Positions 20,068 to 29,521 of a stretch of 64,000 nucleotides of DNA are shown here, piece after piece; within the stretch, counting starts at the first letter, position 1, and each line of letters starts with the position of its first letter. The position numbers and the translations under genes were made by a program. The DNA comes from Thermoanaerobaculia bacterium (GTDB taxonomy: Bacteria; Acidobacteriota; Thermoanaerobaculia; Multivoradales; Multivoraceae). Below the pieces are notes generated by a model. It made no database searches. It was not told the origin of the DNA and saw only the letters and a list, made by a program, of their open reading frames with translations. The DNA is taken from positions 1,440,001 through 1,504,000 of the forward strand of contig OY762911.1 in assembly GCA_963666565.1 (NCBI GenBank), written 5' to 3'.

Positions 20068-20574
20068 ATGGCAGCCCGAAGGGCCTTCCTCACAGTGCTC
20101 GGGGTCACGGTACCGGTCTGGGCGTCCGTCTTGGCCTGCTCGACGGCGATCGTCACGACGCCCCCGTCCGCTCCGGCCGAGGCGCCTCCAGTGGCAGCGG
20201 AGGCTGAACCGGCCGCCCCGCCGACCTCCGTTCTCGACGGCATCTTCACCGAAGCACAGGCGGAACGGGGCCGGGCTGCCTACGGCGAGCACTGCGCCGA
20301 GTGCCACGGCGAAGAACTGCGAGGCGGCGAAATGGCCCCGGGCCTGACCGGCGTGGCGTTCCGATTCCGCTGGCGCGGGCTCAAGGTGGCCGACATCTTC
20401 GAGAGCATCGAGTCGACCATGCCGCCGGAAGAGCCGGAGACTCTGGGCGACCGGACGTACATCGACATCGTCGCCTTCCTGCTGAGCGCCAACGGTTACC
20501 CGGCCGGCGGTCGGGAGCTGGCCGCCGACTCCAGGCTGTTGGAGGGAGTTGCCGTCGAGCGGATGCCTCCGTAG
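20068..20574 (+). CDS. Monoheme cytochrome c (probable lipoprotein)
   Basis: CAECH heme motif; TMPP axial Met; VLAC lipobox-like. Confidence 0.8.
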   Translation: MAARRAFLTVLGVTVPVWASVLACSTAIVTTPPSAPAEAPPVAAEAEPAAPPTSVLDGIFTEAQAERGRAAYGEHCAECHGEELRGGEMAPGLTGVAFRFRWRGLKVADIFESIESTMPPEEPETLGDRTYIDIVAFLLSANGYPAGGRELAADSRLLEGVAVERMPP

Positions 20575-20616
20575 GGCACGCGGCCCTTGTGCGCCAGGGA
20601 AGACCGGCCGGGACCG

Positions 20617-20645
20617 TTGACTTCATCCGAAGTCAAAGACATCAT
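20617..20645 (+). promoter_or_regulatory. Promoter/operator of the RHH-RelE TA pair
   Basis: Palindrome TTGACTTC-ATCC-GAAGTCAA over -35 TTGACT; CATCAT 17 nt downstream; AAGGAG RBS. Confidence 0.55.
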
Positions 20646-20666
20646 GTGGAGTCAAGGAGAACGACG

Positions 20667-20894
20667 ATGGTGCAGGTGACCGCAAGACTCCCCGACGATC
20701 TCGTCGAGAAGGCCGATCACGCCGCGAGCCGGTTGAATCGCTCGAGAGCGCAGTTGGTGAGACAGGCGCTTGAGTACTACCTCGACGATTTCGAGGATCT
20801 GCGTCTGGCCCTGGATCGGCTCAACGATCCCGCCGACCCGGTTCTCGATTGGGAAGACGTCAAGCGTGAGCTACTCGATCAGGATCAAGGGTAG
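20667..20894 (+). CDS. Ribbon-helix-helix (CopG/RelB-like) antitoxin
   Basis: VTARLPDDL...RSRAQLVRQALEYYL; acidic C-terminus; overlaps toxin. Confidence 0.8.
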   Translation: MVQVTARLPDDLVEKADHAASRLNRSRAQLVRQALEYYLDDFEDLRLALDRLNDPADPVLDWEDVKRELLDQDQG

Positions 20895-21120
20895 CGCCGC
20901 CAGAACGCTGAGGAGAATCGACGCCCGGGAGCGAACGCGGCTCGTCGCGGCGATCGACCGTCTCGCTCGGGAACCCTCCGCGGGCGCCGCGCTCAAGGGG
21001 GAGTTCGGGGGTCTGCGTCGACTTCGCGTGGGGCGGTACCGCATCATCTACGAGGCGTTTCACGAAGAGCTGACGATTCTGGTCGTCCGCGTCGCGCATC
21101 GCCGGGAGGTGTACCGGTGA
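20866..21120 (+). CDS. relE: RelE/ParE family toxin
   Basis: YSIRI..SA; LKG...GLRRLRVGRYRIIY; VAHRREVYR; GTG start. Confidence 0.85.
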   Translation: MSYSIRIKGSAARTLRRIDARERTRLVAAIDRLAREPSAGAALKGEFGGLRRLRVGRYRIIYEAFHEELTILVVRVAHRREVYR

Positions 21121-21129
21121 GAAGGCCAC

Positions 21130-22905
21130 CTATGGCGCGGCGTACTCCAACGCAAAGACGAACAGGTTGTTCGCGAAACCCGGCTTGAGCTCCGGCGTCA
21201 GCCGAAGGAAGCTCGACGTGGTCGCTGAGATGCCGGTGCTGACCGCCACGTACTGCGTTCCGTCGACGGCGTAGGTGATCGGGTAGCCGGTCACGGGCGC
21301 GCCCAGGTTCACCTCCCACAACACCTCGCCCGTCTCCTGGCTGTAGGCCTTGAAGCGGCCGTTCACGTCGCCGCCGAAGAGCAGTCCGCCGCCGGTGGCG
21401 ACCAGCGAGGTCGTGGAGGCGCGCTGCTCGTGCAGCCACACCGTCTTGCCGGTCTCGGCGGAGATCGCATACACGGTGCCCAGGTTCTCGGTGCCCGGCG
21501 CCAGTTCGTGCCGGACGCTCAGGGCGTAGTACGGGTGGGACGCGCTGGGATCGGTCGTCGTCAGCGTTGGCATGCACATGTTGCGCAGCGGGTAGTACAG
21601 CGTGTTCGTCTCCGGGCTGTAGGCCCCGGCCTCCCAGTCCTTGCCGCCGTGCATGTTCGGGCAGATGAGCCGCTCCTCCTCCAGCGCGTTGAAGATGACT
21701 TCCGGGTTCTCGGTCGCCTTGCCGGTCTCGCCGTCGATGCTCTGGATCACGTTCTGGTAGACGGTGGGCCGCGCCCAGAGGAACTCGCCGGTCTCCCGGT
21801 CGATGGAGTAGACGAGGGCCGTCTTGCCGGGGATCCCGGTGATCACCTTGCGCACCTCGCCGGGCTCGACGTTCGGATTGATCCAGGCCACCTCGTCCGG
21901 GTCGGGCGCCACCGCGGTGTCGACGATCACCCGCTCGAAGGGATGGTCGAGATCCCAGTGGTCGTTCATGTGCTGGTAGTGCCAGACGATCTCGCCGGTG
22001 TCGCCGTCGAGCGCGAGCGTCGAGTTGTGGTACAGGTGCGTCTTGTCCGTGCCGCCGAGCATGAACTTGGGCGCCGGCGCCGTGACGGAGGTACCGGCGA
22101 AGACCAGGTTGAGTTCCGGGTCGTAGCTCGGCGGCATCCAGGAGCCGACGTGGGCCCGCTTCTCGAACGGCACGTCGCCCCAGGTCTCGTCTCCCGGTTC
22201 TCCGGGGGCGGGAATCGTGCGGCGCCGCCAGACTTCCTCGCCGGTGAGCGCGTTGTGGGCCGTGATCACGCAGGCCTCGGGCCCGGCGCGCGGCGAGCAG
22301 CTCCGGCCCGAGAACGCCTTGCCGGCGCCGATGATCGGGCCGGCGCCCTGCAACGCGGGGTGGGTGCGGTAGTCGAGGACCATCGTCTCCCAGACCATCT
22401 TCCCGGTCTCGGCGTCGAGCGCGAAGAGGTGGTCGTCGACGCTGGTGTCGATGATCAGGTTCGCGTAGATGGCGATGTTCCGGTTGTTCTGGGACAGGAA
22501 ACCGCCGACGTAGTCCTTCGCGTCCTCCGGGATCTTGCGCCGGTGCTCCCAGATCAGGTCGCCGGTTGCCGCGTCGAGCGCCTGGATCACGTCGTTCGGG
22601 TTCGGCATGTACATGACGCCGCGATAGGCGAGCGGCGTGCCGGTCTGGCTGCCGTCGTTGAGCGACCGCGTCCACACCATCCGCAGGTCGCCGACGTTCT
22701 CCGGCACGATCTGGTCGAGCGGGCTGTAGCCCCAGCCGTTCGCGGTGCGCCGCCACATGAGCCAGTCCTCGGGCGCCGGGTTCTCCAGCGTCTCGTCGGT
22801 GACCGGGACGAAGGCGTCGCCGGCCTGGGCGCTCGCGTCCGAGACGCTCAGGATCTGGGCAAAGACCGCCGTGGCGGCGATCAGATGTCCGTACCGGTTC
22901 TGCAT
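21130..22905 (-). CDS. PQQ-dependent dehydrogenase (alcohol dehydrogenase-like)
   Basis: DWLMWRRT..GWGYSPLDQI; repeated ALDA.TG..W PQQ blades; DHWDLD; PITYAVDG.QYVAV. Confidence 0.88.
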   Translation of the reverse strand: MQNRYGHLIAATAVFAQILSVSDASAQAGDAFVPVTDETLENPAPEDWLMWRRTANGWGYSPLDQIVPENVGDLRMVWTRSLNDGSQTGTPLAYRGVMYMPNPNDVIQALDAATGDLIWEHRRKIPEDAKDYVGGFLSQNNRNIAIYANLIIDTSVDDHLFALDAETGKMVWETMVLDYRTHPALQGAGPIIGAGKAFSGRSCSPRAGPEACVITAHNALTGEEVWRRRTIPAPGEPGDETWGDVPFEKRAHVGSWMPPSYDPELNLVFAGTSVTAPAPKFMLGGTDKTHLYHNSTLALDGDTGEIVWHYQHMNDHWDLDHPFERVIVDTAVAPDPDEVAWINPNVEPGEVRKVITGIPGKTALVYSIDRETGEFLWARPTVYQNVIQSIDGETGKATENPEVIFNALEEERLICPNMHGGKDWEAGAYSPETNTLYYPLRNMCMPTLTTTDPSASHPYYALSVRHELAPGTENLGTVYAISAETGKTVWLHEQRASTTSLVATGGGLLFGGDVNGRFKAYSQETGEVLWEVNLGAPVTGYPITYAVDGTQYVAVSTGISATTSSFLRLTPELKPGFANNLFVFALEYAAP

Positions 22906-22947
22906 TGGGAACCCCTTTCAGTCGGGCGGGAGCCGTAGAGTACTGCC

Positions 22948-23057
22948 CACTGGGTGCGGACGTTCCCGCCGGCAGCCGCCGAAGGCGGCAAAGAGAATTC
23001 GCTCGCCGCTCCGCGGCATCGCGTCCGATGCGGCCGAGGACGCCGGCGCACCCAGTG
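22948..23057. repeat. Two divergent REP-like units in inverted arrangement (REPIN/MITE-like, 110 bp)
   Basis: Ends CACTGGGTGCG / CGCACCCAGTG; internal GCCGCCGAAGGCGGC and tail sequence matching other copies. Confidence 0.72.
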
Positions 23058-23080
23058 TGTGGCGGCTAAGCTAGGCGGCA

Positions 23081-25906
23081 ATGTCGCACAACAAGGTCGC
23101 CTTCGCTTCGGCTGTCGCAGCGGCAGCCGCCCTGTTCGTCCTGTGTCAGCCGACCCCGGCGCAGGAAGCCGGCGCGCTTGCCGGCGACGACGTCGTCTCC
23201 CTCCTCGTCCGCCTCGGCGTGAACGACGCCGCGGCCCGCGACTGGGACGGCTCGCTCGAAGTGGCGGGCGGCGAACTACTGGGCCTCCGCGACTGGCGGC
23301 CAAGGCCCGCCAGCGAGGTCGAGGGCAACGCCTGGAAACTCGCCAGCTACAGCGGGCCGAACTTCAGGCCCAGCGCCATCCACGATACGCAGACCGTCGG
23401 TCCGGTCGAGTACGTCCGCTCGCCCGGACTGGTCGTCGACGTGCGGGGCAACGGCGGCTCGCGCCTGATGTTCGCCACCGCCAACGGCGAGTTCGAGGTC
23501 CGGCTCGCCGATGTCGCGGTCGGCCGGCGACTGCGGTTCCTGGGCGGCGACGTGACGGTCGAGCGCGTGCCCGGAGTCGAGCGGCTGACCTCCGACGACT
23601 ACCAGAACGACTTCGCCACGATCCTCGGCAGCGACGGCGACGAGGTCTGGGCCGCCTGGCTCGGCTACCGCGACAACGCGAACGAAGTGCTGGCGCGGCG
23701 GTTCGACGGTCAGGGCTGGGGAGAGGTCCAGACCCTGACGGAGCAACCCGGCGATCACTATCTGGTGAAGATGGGCCGGGACGGGGACGGCCGCCCCTGG
23801 GTCGTCTGGTCGGCCCAGGTCGACGGCAACTGGGATCTCTACGCCCGCGTCCTCGACGGTGACTCCTGGTCGCCGGCGGAACGGCTGACCGAGGCGCCGC
23901 AGCCCGACATGTTCCACAACCTGGCGACCGACGCCGAGGGCAACCTCTGGCTGGTCTGGCAGGGCTTCCGCGACGGCGCCGCCGACATCTTCGCCCGCCG
24001 CTACGACGGCGAACGCTGGTCCGACGCGGACCGGGTCTCGTCGTCGCCGGCGAACGACTGGGAGCCGGTGATCGTCGCGGACTCGAAGGGCGGCGTGTAC
24101 GTCGGCTGGGACAGCTACGACGCCGGCAACTACGACGTGCTGGTTCGCCGCTGGGCCGGCGGTGAGTGGGGCGAGGAGATGCCGGTCGCCTCGACGGCCA
24201 AGTACGAGGCGCACATCAGCCTCGCCGTCGACGGGCAGGACCGGGTCTGGGCGGCGTGGAACGAGAGCGGTGTCAACTGGGGCAAGGACACCGGCTGGGT
24301 GCTCAACCGCGAGGGCACACGGCTCTACGAGTGGCGCACGATGAACGTCGCGGTCCACGACGGCTGGGAGTGGCGGTCGCCGGCCGCGGACGTCAACGAG
24401 GCGCTGCCCGAGGAACTCCAGGGCTACAACGACTTCCCGGTGCTCTTCCCGGACGCCGACGGACGCATCTGGCTCCATTTCCGGCACCGGACGACCCGCC
24501 AGGCCGACATCCTGAGCGAGTCCCCGGCCCACCGGGCGGCCTGGGAGGTCTGGAGCACGACCCTCCAGGGAGACCGCTGGCTTCGGCCGCAGCACATCCC
24601 GATGACGCGCTTTCGGCAGGACGCCCGCTGGGGCCTGGCTGCCGACGGCAACGGCGACGTCTGGGCGAGCTGGCCGACCGACAACCGGGACTACTCGGGG
24701 TTCCTGTTCGAGCACGCCGACGTCTACGCCGCCAAGCTGCCGCGCCTCATGACGAAGGTCGTGCCGCCGAAGCTGGCGGCGCTGGTCGTCGACGAAGTGC
24801 CGGCCTACGTGATCCACGAGAACGAGGCGGAGGATCTGGAGCGAATCCGCAGCTACGAGATCGAGTCCGAGGGGAAGACGTACCGGATCTACCGCGGCGA
24901 CACCCACCGCCACACCGAGATCTCGATGGACGGCAACAACGACGGCTCGCTGATCCAGACCTACCGTTACGCGATGGATGTCGCCTCGCTCGACTTCCTG
25001 CTGGCCAGCGAGCACAACTTCCTGGGCGGCCCGGACATCGAGTACATCAACTGGCTTCTGCACCAGACGGTCGACGTCTTCTCGGTCTCCGGCCGCTTCC
25101 AGCCCTTCTACGGCTACGAGCGGAGCATCTCCTTCCCCGACGGGCACCGGAACATCCTGTTCGCGGAGCGCGGCAAGCCGACCCTGCCGGTCACCGAGGC
25201 GGAGCGGACCCACGAGGAGGGCGCTGCGAGACTCTACGAGTACCTGAAGGAGCACGACGGGATCGCCATCTCCCACACGTCGGCCTCGAGCATGGGTACG
25301 GACTGGCGCGACAACGACCCCGAGGTCGAGCCCCTGGTCGAGATCTACCAGGGCGACCGGGTCTCGAACGAGTACGAGGGCGCCCCGCGCGCCGCCCGCA
25401 CCGGCAACCTGCGCTCGGCGCCAGGGGGCTTTCGGCCGGAGGGCTACGTCTGGAACGCCTGGGCCAAGGGCTACAAGCTGGGCGTCCAGGCCGCTTCGGA
25501 CCATCTCTCGACCCACATCTCCTACGCCGCCACGATCGCCGAGGAGTTCACGCGCGAGGGGATGCTGGACGCGATGAAGAAGCGCCACAGCTACGGCGCG
25601 ACGGACAACATCATCCTCGACTACCGGCTGCGGACGGGCGGCAGGGAGTACCTCCAGGGCGACATTCTCACCGCCGACGGCGACTTCCGGCTGAGCGTCC
25701 GCGTCATCGGCACGACGCCCATCCGCCAGATCGACATCATCCGCGACCAGACCTTTCTGTACAATCGCCAGAACCTCGAAGCCGACGTCAGCCTCGAGTT
25801 CGCCGACGCCGACGTCGAACCCGGGGAGCACCTCTACTACGTGCGGGTGATCCAGGTCGACGGCAACATGGCTTGGTCCTCGCCGATCTGGGTGACCGTG
25901 GAGTAG
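23081..25906 (+). CDS. Secreted protein: beta-propeller-like repeats plus PHP-like (DUF3604-like) metallohydrolase domain
   Basis: Signal peptide; repeated W(A/V/L)xW and D(I/L/V)xARR units; GDTHRHT, SEH, GYE, GHRN and SDH metal-ligand motifs; AWSSPIWV end. Confidence 0.65.
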   Translation: MSHNKVAFASAVAAAAALFVLCQPTPAQEAGALAGDDVVSLLVRLGVNDAAARDWDGSLEVAGGELLGLRDWRPRPASEVEGNAWKLASYSGPNFRPSAIHDTQTVGPVEYVRSPGLVVDVRGNGGSRLMFATANGEFEVRLADVAVGRRLRFLGGDVTVERVPGVERLTSDDYQNDFATILGSDGDEVWAAWLGYRDNANEVLARRFDGQGWGEVQTLTEQPGDHYLVKMGRDGDGRPWVVWSAQVDGNWDLYARVLDGDSWSPAERLTEAPQPDMFHNLATDAEGNLWLVWQGFRDGAADIFARRYDGERWSDADRVSSSPANDWEPVIVADSKGGVYVGWDSYDAGNYDVLVRRWAGGEWGEEMPVASTAKYEAHISLAVDGQDRVWAAWNESGVNWGKDTGWVLNREGTRLYEWRTMNVAVHDGWEWRSPAADVNEALPEELQGYNDFPVLFPDADGRIWLHFRHRTTRQADILSESPAHRAAWEVWSTTLQGDRWLRPQHIPMTRFRQDARWGLAADGNGDVWASWPTDNRDYSGFLFEHADVYAAKLPRLMTKVVPPKLAALVVDEVPAYVIHENEAEDLERIRSYEIESEGKTYRIYRGDTHRHTEISMDGNNDGSLIQTYRYAMDVASLDFLLASEHNFLGGPDIEYINWLLHQTVDVFSVSGRFQPFYGYERSISFPDGHRNILFAERGKPTLPVTEAERTHEEGAARLYEYLKEHDGIAISHTSASSMGTDWRDNDPEVEPLVEIYQGDRVSNEYEGAPRAARTGNLRSAPGGFRPEGYVWNAWAKGYKLGVQAASDHLSTHISYAATIAEEFTREGMLDAMKKRHSYGATDNIILDYRLRTGGREYLQGDILTADGDFRLSVRVIGTTPIRQIDIIRDQTFLYNRQNLEADVSLEFADADVEPGEHLYYVRVIQVDGNMAWSSPIWVTVE

Positions 25907-25917
25907 CAGGCAACGCG

Positions 25918-26346
25918 ATGAAGAACGCTCTCGCAATCGTCCCGTCGTTCTCGTACCTGGCTCGCGGTTCGCGGCTTGCCGCCTGCGCCGCGGCCTTGTG
26001 CGGCCTGCACTGCGCGCTCACGCCGGTCCTGGTCGTGGCGGCGCCGGCGCTCGCGCTCTCCGAAGGCGTCGAGCGGGCCGCCTGGGCCGGAACCGTTCTT
26101 CTCGGCTCGGCGATGCTCCTCCTGGGCCCGGCCCGCGGGAGCGCGCCGGTGATCCTCACCTTTGCCGGGGGAGCGGCGCTCTGGGCGGCCTCCCTGGCGG
26201 GCTGGCTCGAACCGTTGCCCGAAACCGCGACCTCGGCCGCCGGCAGCCTGACGATCGCGGGCGCCATGGTGCTGAGCGCCCGCCTCTGCCACGCCGCCTC
26301 GTGCGAGGTGTGCGCCGACGAGGAGCCGGCGAGTCGGGAAGGCTGA
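25918..26346 (+). CDS. MerC-like membrane protein
   Basis: AALCGLHCALTP motif; four TM segments; C-terminal CH..SC..C. Confidence 0.7.
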   Translation: MKNALAIVPSFSYLARGSRLAACAAALCGLHCALTPVLVVAAPALALSEGVERAAWAGTVLLGSAMLLLGPARGSAPVILTFAGGAALWAASLAGWLEPLPETATSAAGSLTIAGAMVLSARLCHAASCEVCADEEPASREG

Positions 26347-26347
26347 C

Positions 26348-26430
26348 TCAGTCCGGCGACGCGACCGCCAAACCCGCCTCTTCGGCGGCGGCGCCGAGCC
26401 GCCGGTCGCAGGTCACGAGAGCGTCGCTGG
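26348..26430 (-). pseudogene. Remnant 3' end of a PIN/VapC toxin gene
   Basis: Translates to DALVTCDRRLGAAAEEAGLAV, a typical PIN C-terminal motif; no upstream PIN sequence. Confidence 0.45.
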
Positions 26431-26547
26431 CCCGGGTCGATGGCTCCCCGGCAGGCGGCGGAAGATCGAGCTTCGACGTCCCGGCATGGGGGTTCCAGCC
26501 ATGATGACGCGCGCGGTAGCGCATTGCCCCGGCGAAAGCGGCGGACA

Positions 26548-26616
26548 CTGGGTGCGCGGGTCTTCCGACCCGCTGCCGCCGTAGGCGGCCATGAAACGCG
26601 CCGCGAAGCGGCGACC
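26548..26616 (+). repeat. REP-like element
   Basis: CTGGGTGCGCGGGTCTTCCGACCCGC + GCCGCCGTAGGCGGC + GCCGCGAAGCGGCGACC. Confidence 0.85.
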
Positions 26617-26618
26617 TT

Positions 26619-27800
26619 TCAGTGGTCCCGCTCGTAGTGCTGCCGGAGCAGGTCCTTGCCGTAGTCGTTGCCGTTCGGCGTCCGCACGACGGCATGGATG
26701 TGCTGGCGGATCGGCGCGCGGCCTTCGACCAGGTGCCGGATGCCGACGGGGCGCTGGTGGTCGAACTCGATCAGGATGACCGGGCTGTGGATGCGGTAGT
26801 AGAAGACGGCGTCGTCGTCCGTGGCGCCGATCCAGGCGAAACGGGTCTCGTCGAGATGCGCCCCCACCTCGTCCATTCGCACCCTGGCGTGGCCCTCGCG
26901 CATGTTGTGGACGTAGAGGCCGATCAGGTCGAGCAGTTGCTTCCTGGCCCCGGCTGACAGCTCTGCCGCGGGGATGCCCGCGTAGTCCAGCACGATGTTG
27001 TCGCTGAACGCCTCGCCGAGGTTGTCGTTGCCATCCTTCGAGGTCTCGATGATCGCCTTGGCCTGCTGCTCCGGCGAGAGGGAGCGAATCAGTGCCAGCC
27101 CCTGGTCCTGTTCCCGCTGCATGATCGCCGTGCCCTTGTACTTGCCGGACTCGGCGATAACCGGTTCCGAGCCGACGAACAGCGGCGTCATCACGACCTG
27201 GTCGCCAAGCACGAAGTAGTTGACGATCAGGTGGTGGCCGTCGACCTGCCAGCCCCACGGCTGATCGGCGGAGGGCTCGCCCATCACGGTGATCCAGTAC
27301 AGCCACTCGTTGTACTCGTCGAAGTTGTCGCCGTTCAGTTCGCCCAGGGTGCGGTTGAGATTCATGATGTCGCGGCTCAGCTTGAGGCCGTCCGCGCTGA
27401 GCGAGGCGCGCATCATGCCGAAGGCGGCTTCGCGCTGCGCTTCGTTCATCTCGTCGAAGCCGACGCCCTGCCGCACGTAGAAGTGCTGGTTCATCCACTT
27501 GCGCCACTCGTCGTCATCGACCGCGAACGTCGTCCTGGCGCGTTGTTCCGCCGAGAGGGCCGCCAGGAACTTCTCGGCGGCCAGGCGGACAGGCTCGGTC
27601 GACACGCCGGTCGACTCGATCCTGTAGAGGCCGCGTTCGATGCCGGAACTGCCGTGGATACCGACGTACGGGTCGTCGGCGAGTCGGGCGTCGATCTGGC
27701 GACTGCGTTCCCGCATCCGGTCGCCGCGGTCGCCGGGGCGCTGGGCGAGGGCGGTGGTGGTGAGGAGGGCGAGGGTCGTGGCCAGGGTGCAGCGGAGCAT
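26619..27800 (-). CDS. DUF3500 family secreted protein
   Basis: [51 protein letters not shown] motifs. Confidence 0.85.
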   Translation of the reverse strand: MLRCTLATTLALLTTTALAQRPGDRGDRMRERSRQIDARLADDPYVGIHGSSGIERGLYRIESTGVSTEPVRLAAEKFLAALSAEQRARTTFAVDDDEWRKWMNQHFYVRQGVGFDEMNEAQREAAFGMMRASLSADGLKLSRDIMNLNRTLGELNGDNFDEYNEWLYWITVMGEPSADQPWGWQVDGHHLIVNYFVLGDQVVMTPLFVGSEPVIAESGKYKGTAIMQREQDQGLALIRSLSPEQQAKAIIETSKDGNDNLGEAFSDNIVLDYAGIPAAELSAGARKQLLDLIGLYVHNMREGHARVRMDEVGAHLDETRFAWIGATDDDAVFYYRIHSPVILIEFDHQRPVGIRHLVEGRAPIRQHIHAVVRTPNGNDYGKDLLRQHYERDH

Positions 27801-27829
27801 GGTGCCGGCATGCTAGCGGCAGACGGAAT

Positions 27830-27899
27830 GGTCGCCGCTTCGCGGCGTGCGTTCCGGGCCGCCTCCGGCGGCAGCGGGTCAGAAGACCCGCGCACCCAG
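27830..27899 (-). repeat. REP-like element (inverted relative to the 26548 copy)
   Basis: Reverse complement of the same three-hairpin unit. Confidence 0.85.
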
Positions 27900-27924
27900 C
27901 CGGCGCACCGACGCCTTGGTTTCC

Positions 27925-29343
27925 TCAGCCGAAGAGGTAGCCGAACAGCCAGTCGAACTGGTCGGCCAGCACGACGTAGCGGATGACCAGCAGGGCCATC
28001 GCGGCCTCGAACGCGAACACGACCCAGAGGCCGACGTACGTCAGGCGGCGCGGCCGGATCCGTGGGTCCATCCGCGTGCGCTGAAGCCACAGCGTGGCGC
28101 CGGCCTGAATGGGCAGGAAGATCGCCGAGGTCAGGCCGCCGACCATGATCAGGATGACGAAGTCGGTGACGAAGTAGTAGATCCCGAAGGCGGCCAGCGG
28201 CAGGCAGACCAGGTAGCCGCGGATGATCTTCTTGCGCAGCGCCAGGTTGGAGCGCTCGATCAGGCCCATCTCCATCAGGTAGTCGGGGATCGAGCGGCCG
28301 CCGCCGCCGGCGCCGGAGAGCACGGTGGAGAACAGGATGCAGAAGGCGCCGATCGCGAAGATCCACACCGCCCACATGCCCAGGGTCTGGGTGAAGATGT
28401 TGGAGAGCGCCCCGATCGTCTCGTCGTTCCCCTCCGGCGTCAGCCCCATCTTGTTGAGCACCCCGGCGCCGAGGATGTAGTAGGGGATCGTGGCGCAGGT
28501 GACGATGAGCAGGGCGAGCCAGACGTCCGTGTGTAGCACCCGCATCCAGCCGCGGGCGTGGGACTCCCAGTTCGGGTCTTTGCGGTCGGCGCCGAGCAGG
28601 CTGGGATAGCCCTTCTCGATGCACCAGTAGGTGTAGGACGAGATGTCGCCCGAGGTCGTGCCGGTGTAGCCGTAGGCGGAGAGGGCCAGCGCCGCGACGG
28701 CGACGAAGAGCGTCATGTCCGGCTTCATGCCGCCGAGGATCTCGCCGGGCGAGGTGCGGAACTCCGTGAACTGCATCGCGATCAGGCAGACCAGCGTGCA
28801 GAACGTGAAGGCGAGGACCAGGGGCAGCATGACCCGCTCCAGCCACTTGTACGAGCCGGTGCCGAGGATGATCGAGCAGACGACGGCGATCAGGCCGGTG
28901 CAGAGGACCCCGCCGAGCTCGACGTTCGCCAGCGAGGCCAGGAAGGACATCGACTGGCCGGCGCCGCCGATGATGCCGCCCAGGCCCATCGTGCCGGGAA
29001 CGTAGGCGATCAGCCCGAGCCAGATCGGCCAGGAGATCCGCCAGATCTTCCCCGGCAGCCGGTTCATCGCGCGCAGGTAGGTGTCGCCCGACTCGATCGT
29101 GTAGCGGGCCATCTCCGCCTGGACGAGCGACTTGCACCAGCAGGAGAGGAGCATCCACCAGAGCAGCGTGAAGCCGGCGACCGCGCCGAGGCTCGTCGTC
29201 AGCACCAGCTCGCCGGAGCCGATCACGGCACCGGTGACGATCAGGCTCGGCCCGAGGTACTTCAGCCGCTCCCGGAAGGTCGCCGGCGGGGCCACGGCCT
29301 CGCCGTGGCGAACGGTGTACGGATCGAGCGTCTGGTTGGCCAG
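27925..29343 (-). CDS. Nramp/MntH-like (APC superfamily) transporter
   Basis: LGPSLIVTGAVIGSGEL, SYTYWCIEKGY and GAGVL motifs; many TMs; start uncertain (CTG 29343 or GTG 29295). Confidence 0.75.
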   Translation of the reverse strand: MANQTLDPYTVRHGEAVAPPATFRERLKYLGPSLIVTGAVIGSGELVLTTSLGAVAGFTLLWWMLLSCWCKSLVQAEMARYTIESGDTYLRAMNRLPGKIWRISWPIWLGLIAYVPGTMGLGGIIGGAGQSMSFLASLANVELGGVLCTGLIAVVCSIILGTGSYKWLERVMLPLVLAFTFCTLVCLIAMQFTEFRTSPGEILGGMKPDMTLFVAVAALALSAYGYTGTTSGDISSYTYWCIEKGYPSLLGADRKDPNWESHARGWMRVLHTDVWLALLIVTCATIPYYILGAGVLNKMGLTPEGNDETIGALSNIFTQTLGMWAVWIFAIGAFCILFSTVLSGAGGGGRSIPDYLMEMGLIERSNLALRKKIIRGYLVCLPLAAFGIYYFVTDFVILIMVGGLTSAIFLPIQAGATLWLQRTRMDPRIRPRRLTYVGLWVVFAFEAAMALLVIRYVVLADQFDWLFGYLFG

Positions 29344-29521
29344 AGGGGACTTCCCGAGCGTCGGAGGCGCTTCGGAAGCGCCGGTCTGTGGGCTGGGCCG
29401 GAGGGAGGGTATCAGCCGCCGTGCGGTGCCGGTTTGGACGGCGTCGGACGCACACGCCCCTCCGGCCCCGACTGGGCTGGAGGTCGTCGCCGTGAGGTTG
29501 GCCCTTGGCCGCTGGGGTCAG

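Noticed and set aside
29344-29520. Metal-sensing (yybP-ykoY) riboswitch upstream of the Nramp-like gene
   Set aside because: Hairpins are present but the conserved riboswitch sequence elements were not recognisable.
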